Positions 60,901 to 64,000 of a stretch of DNA of 64,000 nt are shown in pieces. Each line of letters opens with the position of its first letter. Positions within the stretch are counted from its first letter, which is position 1. Where the stretch lies: positions 5,824,001 to 5,888,000 of the forward strand of contig OY970303.1 in NCBI GenBank assembly GCA_963716255.1. Direction: 5' to 3'. The stretch is from an uncultured Gemmatimonadales bacterium. GTDB taxonomy: Bacteria > Gemmatimonadota > Gemmatimonadetes > Longimicrobiales > Longimicrobiaceae. The translations under genes and the position numbers were made by a program. The notes beneath the pieces are model-generated. The model was not told the DNA's origin. It ran no database searches and saw nothing but the letters and a program-made list of their open reading frames with translations.

Positions 60901-62190
60901 TCAGCCGACCGTGTTCTGCGACTTCAGGTACTCGAAGACCTTTTCCTCGGTGATCTCGTTTTCCAGCGCCTGCAGCTGGCCGGACTTTTCCAGCTGGAGC
61001 CAGACCTCGGCAGGGGTGCGGCCGCCGCGCTGCGCCAGCTCCTCCACGCGCGCGTCGATCTCGTCCTGGGTGGCGCGGAGCCCCTGGTCGTCGGCGATGC
61101 GCTCCACCACCATCATGCGCTTCAGCCCCTCCTCGGCCTGCGGCCGCAGCGCCTCGCGCCACTGCGAGATCTGTTCCTTCTGCTCGTCGGCGAGCTTGCC
61201 GCGCTGCTCCTCGTCCTGGCCGGTCATCAGGTCCAGGTAGCGGTCCACCATGGAGGAGGGGACGTCGAAGGCATTGGCCTCCAGGATCTGCCCCACCAGC
61301 TGGCCGCGCACCTCGGCTTCGGCGGTGCGCTTGGACTCCTCGCGCAGGTCCTCCATGACGCGGGCGCGCAGCGCCGTCAGGTCCTCGAAGTCGCCCAGGG
61401 AGCGCGCGAAGTCGTCGTCCAGCTCCGGGACGTCCTTGCGCTGCACCGAGATCAGCTTGAGGTGCAGGTTCTGCTCCTTGCCGGCCTGCTCCGGGTCCGC
61501 GAAGTCCTCGGGGAAGTGCACCGTGAAGTCGCCCTCCTCGCCGGGAGCGAGCGTCAGGATCGCCTGCTCCACCTCGGGGATGGCCTGCCCCTCGCCCAGC
61601 ACGAACCGGTAGTTGTTGGTCTCCGGCTCCTCCTCGTCGCCCTCCTCGGCGCGCGGGGTGATCTCCACCAGGACCTGGTCCGCCCAGTCCGGCTTCTCGC
61701 CCTCGGGGCGGGGCTCCCACACGCCGCGCTCGTCGCGCAGGCGCTCCAGCACCGAATCCACCTCGTCCTCGCCCACCTCGGAGGCGGGGCGGGTCGCGGT
61801 GAAGCCGCTCAGGTTCGCGAGCTTGACCTCCGGCTGTACCTCGAACTCGGCCTCGAAGTGGAGCTCGGCGTTGTCGTGGTAGTGGACGTTGTCGATCATC
61901 CCCTGCGTGATGGGGCGCAGCCCCTCCTGGTCCAGCGCCTCGCGGTACGCCTCCTGGATCACGCGGTCCAGCGTCTCCTGCTCGATGCTGGGCCCGAACT
62001 GCTTCTCCAGGATCCGCTGGGGGATGTGCCCCTTGCGGAAGCCGGGAAGCCGGACGTTGCGGGCGATCTGCGTGGTCACGGCGCTCCGCGTGCGGTTGAC
62101 GCGCTCGGCGGGGACGGTGACGGACACGCGGCGGCTCCAGGAGTTCGGCTCCTGGACGGAGATCTGCAGCTCGTTGGTGGCAGGAGACAT
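60901..62190 (-). CDS. tig: Trigger factor
   Basis: PGFRKGHIP signature, FKBP-like middle domain, tig-clpP-clpX synteny. Confidence 0.95.
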   Translation of the reverse strand: MSPATNELQISVQEPNSWSRRVSVTVPAERVNRTRSAVTTQIARNVRLPGFRKGHIPQRILEKQFGPSIEQETLDRVIQEAYREALDQEGLRPITQGMIDNVHYHDNAELHFEAEFEVQPEVKLANLSGFTATRPASEVGEDEVDSVLERLRDERGVWEPRPEGEKPDWADQVLVEITPRAEEGDEEEPETNNYRFVLGEGQAIPEVEQAILTLAPGEEGDFTVHFPEDFADPEQAGKEQNLHLKLISVQRKDVPELDDDFARSLGDFEDLTALRARVMEDLREESKRTAEAEVRGQLVGQILEANAFDVPSSMVDRYLDLMTGQDEEQRGKLADEQKEQISQWREALRPQAEEGLKRMMVVERIADDQGLRATQDEIDARVEELAQRGGRTPAEVWLQLEKSGQLQALENEITEEKVFEYLKSQNTVG

Positions 62191-62234
62191 CCGAATATCG
62201 TTCCGGCGTTCGAAGTGGCTGTCGACAGGGAAGA

Positions 62235-62318
62235 TGGTGCGAAAGGGGGGACTCGAACCCCCACGGCAAGGCCACCGGATCCTAAGTCCGGCGCGTCTAC
62301 CAGTTCCGCCACTTTCGC
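62235..62318 (-). tRNA. tRNA-Leu (anticodon TAG)
   Basis: GCGAAAG acceptor stem, CT-TAG-GA anticodon loop, long variable arm, GGTTCGAGTCC, encoded CCA. Confidence 0.96.
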
Positions 62319-62482
62319 CCAGGCGTCAAGCGGTCAAATATAGACCCGGGCCGGGAGGGGGTCAACCGAAACTCCACGCCGGGGCCAGGTGCCTGGTACC
62401 CCCGGTTTCCCGGCGCCGCCGGACGCGGGCGGCCCCGCCGACGGGGCGGGGCCGCTGCCGCTCGCGCGCTCCGGGGACCGGC

Positions 62483-64000
62483 TTATTGCCGGGGGGCCTC
62501 GATGCGCAGGTTGACGATGGTCTTCTGCCCGGTGGGGTTCTCCAGCACCAGCGAGAGCATGTCGCCCGCCTTCTTGGCGTCCACGATGCGCTGCAGGGTG
62601 CGGACGTCGCCGATCTGCTGCCCGTCCGCCGAGGTGATCTTCCACCCCGGCCCGAAGCCGCGCCGGCCCAGGGGCCCGTATCGCTCCGACCCGGTGATCA
62701 CCACTCCGCCCGGCTTGCTGTACTCGAACTGGGTGGCCAGCTGGGCGCTGAGCGGCGCTACCTGGATCCCCAGCTTGTCCGCGGACACCGACACCGGCTC
62801 GGCCGGGCGGGCCGGGCGCTCCTCGCGCGCCGGGGTCCGGGCGGCGACCGTCGTCTGCGCCGCGAGCGACGCCTCGATCAGCGGCACCCGCACGCTGCGC
62901 GACTGGCCGCTGCGGATCACATCCAGGGTGACCGTCTCGCCGGGCTTGTACCCTGTGACGCGGCGCTGCAGCTCGCCGACCCCCTCCACCGCCTGGCCGT
63001 TGACGGAAACGATCACGTCGCCCTCCCGCAGGCCGGCCCGCTCGGCGGGGCTGTCGCTCTCGAAGTCCTGCACCAGCACGCCGCTGATGCGCGGGAGCTT
63101 GTAGACCTCCGCGTCCTCGGGGGTGATGGGGCGGACCTGAACGCCCAGCACCGCGCGCCGCACCCGCCCGTAGCGGATCAGGTCGTCGCCGATGCGCCGC
63201 GCCAGGTCGATGGGGATGGCGAAGCCGTACCCCGAGTAGTACCCGGTGCGCGAGGCGATCACCGAGTTGATGCCGATGACCTCGCCGCGGAGGTTGACCA
63301 GCGGGCCGCCGGAGTTGCCGGGGTTGATGGCCGCGTCCGTCTGGATGAAGTCCTCGATGGCCCACTGGCCGTTCTCCTCGGCGCTGCGGCCGATGATCCC
63401 CAGCGCGCGCCCCTTGGCGCTGATGATCCCGGAGGTCACCGTGGTCCCCAGCTCCAGCGGGTTGCCGATGGCCAGCACCCACTCCCCGATGCGCGATCCC
63501 TCGGAGCTCCCCATGCGGGTGGCGGGGAAGCGTCCCTCCACCTTGATCACCGCCACGTCCGTGAGCGGGTCCGCCCCCACCAGCTTGGCCGACAGCCGCC
63601 GGTTGTCCTGCATGATCACGTTGATCTTGGTGGCCCGCTCCACGACGTGGTTGTTGGTCATGATGTAGCCGTCGGGCGTGATCAGGAAGCCCGATCCGCC
63701 CGACTCCTCCGGCGGGAGCTGGCGGGCGTCGCCGCCCTGGCCCTGCGGCCCCTCGAAGAAGGGAAACAACTCCCGCAGCTCCTGCGGCACCTGCCGGGAG
63801 CCGGTGCGGGGAGCGCGCTCCGCCTCGATGCTCACCACCGACGGGGTCACCGACTCCGAGATGGAGATGAAGGCCTGGCTCAGGTCCGCGACGGGCTGCA
63901 CCGCCGCGCGCGAGGGGGTGGGAGCGGTCTGGAAAAGGGTCGCGGCCTGGGATCCGGCGGTCCACCCCATCCCCGAGGCGAGGAGGATGCCGCCCGCGAA
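62483..64000 (-). CDS. DegP/HtrA-family serine protease with two PDZ domains, 5'-truncated by the window
   Basis: GSGF, TNNHVV, QTDAAINPGNSGGPL, PDZ-like regions. Confidence 0.95.
   Translation of the reverse strand, partial: FAGGILLASGMGWTAGSQAATLFQTAPTPSRAAVQPVADLSQAFISISESVTPSVVSIEAERAPRTGSRQVPQELRELFPFFEGPQGQGGDARQLPPEESGGSGFLITPDGYIMTNNHVVERATKINVIMQDNRRLSAKLVGADPLTDVAVIKVEGRFPATRMGSSEGSRIGEWVLAIGNPLELGTTVTSGIISAKGRALGIIGRSAEENGQWAIEDFIQTDAAINPGNSGGPLVNLRGEVIGINSVIASRTGYYSGYGFAIPIDLARRIGDDLIRYGRVRRAVLGVQVRPITPEDAEVYKLPRISGVLVQDFESDSPAERAGLREGDVIVSVNGQAVEGVGELQRRVTGYKPGETVTLDVIRSGQSRSVRVPLIEASLAAQTTVAARTPAREERPARPAEPVSVSADKLGIQVAPLSAQLATQFEYSKPGGVVITGSERYGPLGRRGFGPGWKITSADGQQIGDVRTLQRIVDAKKAGDMLSLVLENPTGQKTIVNLRIEAPRQ

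Noticed and set aside
62235..62318. tRNA-Leu as an integration site
   Set aside because: I saw no integrase and no duplicated tRNA 3' end, and the tRNA-Leu-tig arrangement is ordinary.

Overview
Very GC-rich bacterial chromosomal window; the gene style suggests Gemmatimonadota/Longimicrobiales, which is inference only. It starts inside a two-module NRPS (Leu-type plus acidic-type A domains, no terminal TE) and ends in a housekeeping block (degP-like, tRNA-Leu, tig, clpP, clpX, engB). In between are aceK, a DUF4160/DUF2442 toxin-antitoxin pair, two-component and sigma-54 regulators, Tat-signal TldD plus TldE, thrC, argF, gcvT and an accessory region (about 44.5-57 kb). Highlights: (1) a lasso-peptide cluster (B1, B2, C, ABC exporter) with six precursor genes, all with 22-aa leaders and a Gly1-Glu8 ring but divergent cores; (2) three secreted cysteine-rich peptides with the full six-Cys CSab (defensin/scorpion-toxin-like) signature; (3) two families of intergenic multi-hairpin elements (8 and 5 copies) whose stems vary between copies yet stay complementary and which share a GAGAC-stem-GGCWGTTT-stem-GGCTC module; (4) a lower-GC NACHT-pentapeptide gene fused in frame to a GC-rich tail, flanked by two DUF6174-like paralogues; (5) several unannotated micro-ORFs. 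All family assignments come from motif recognition, not database searches.
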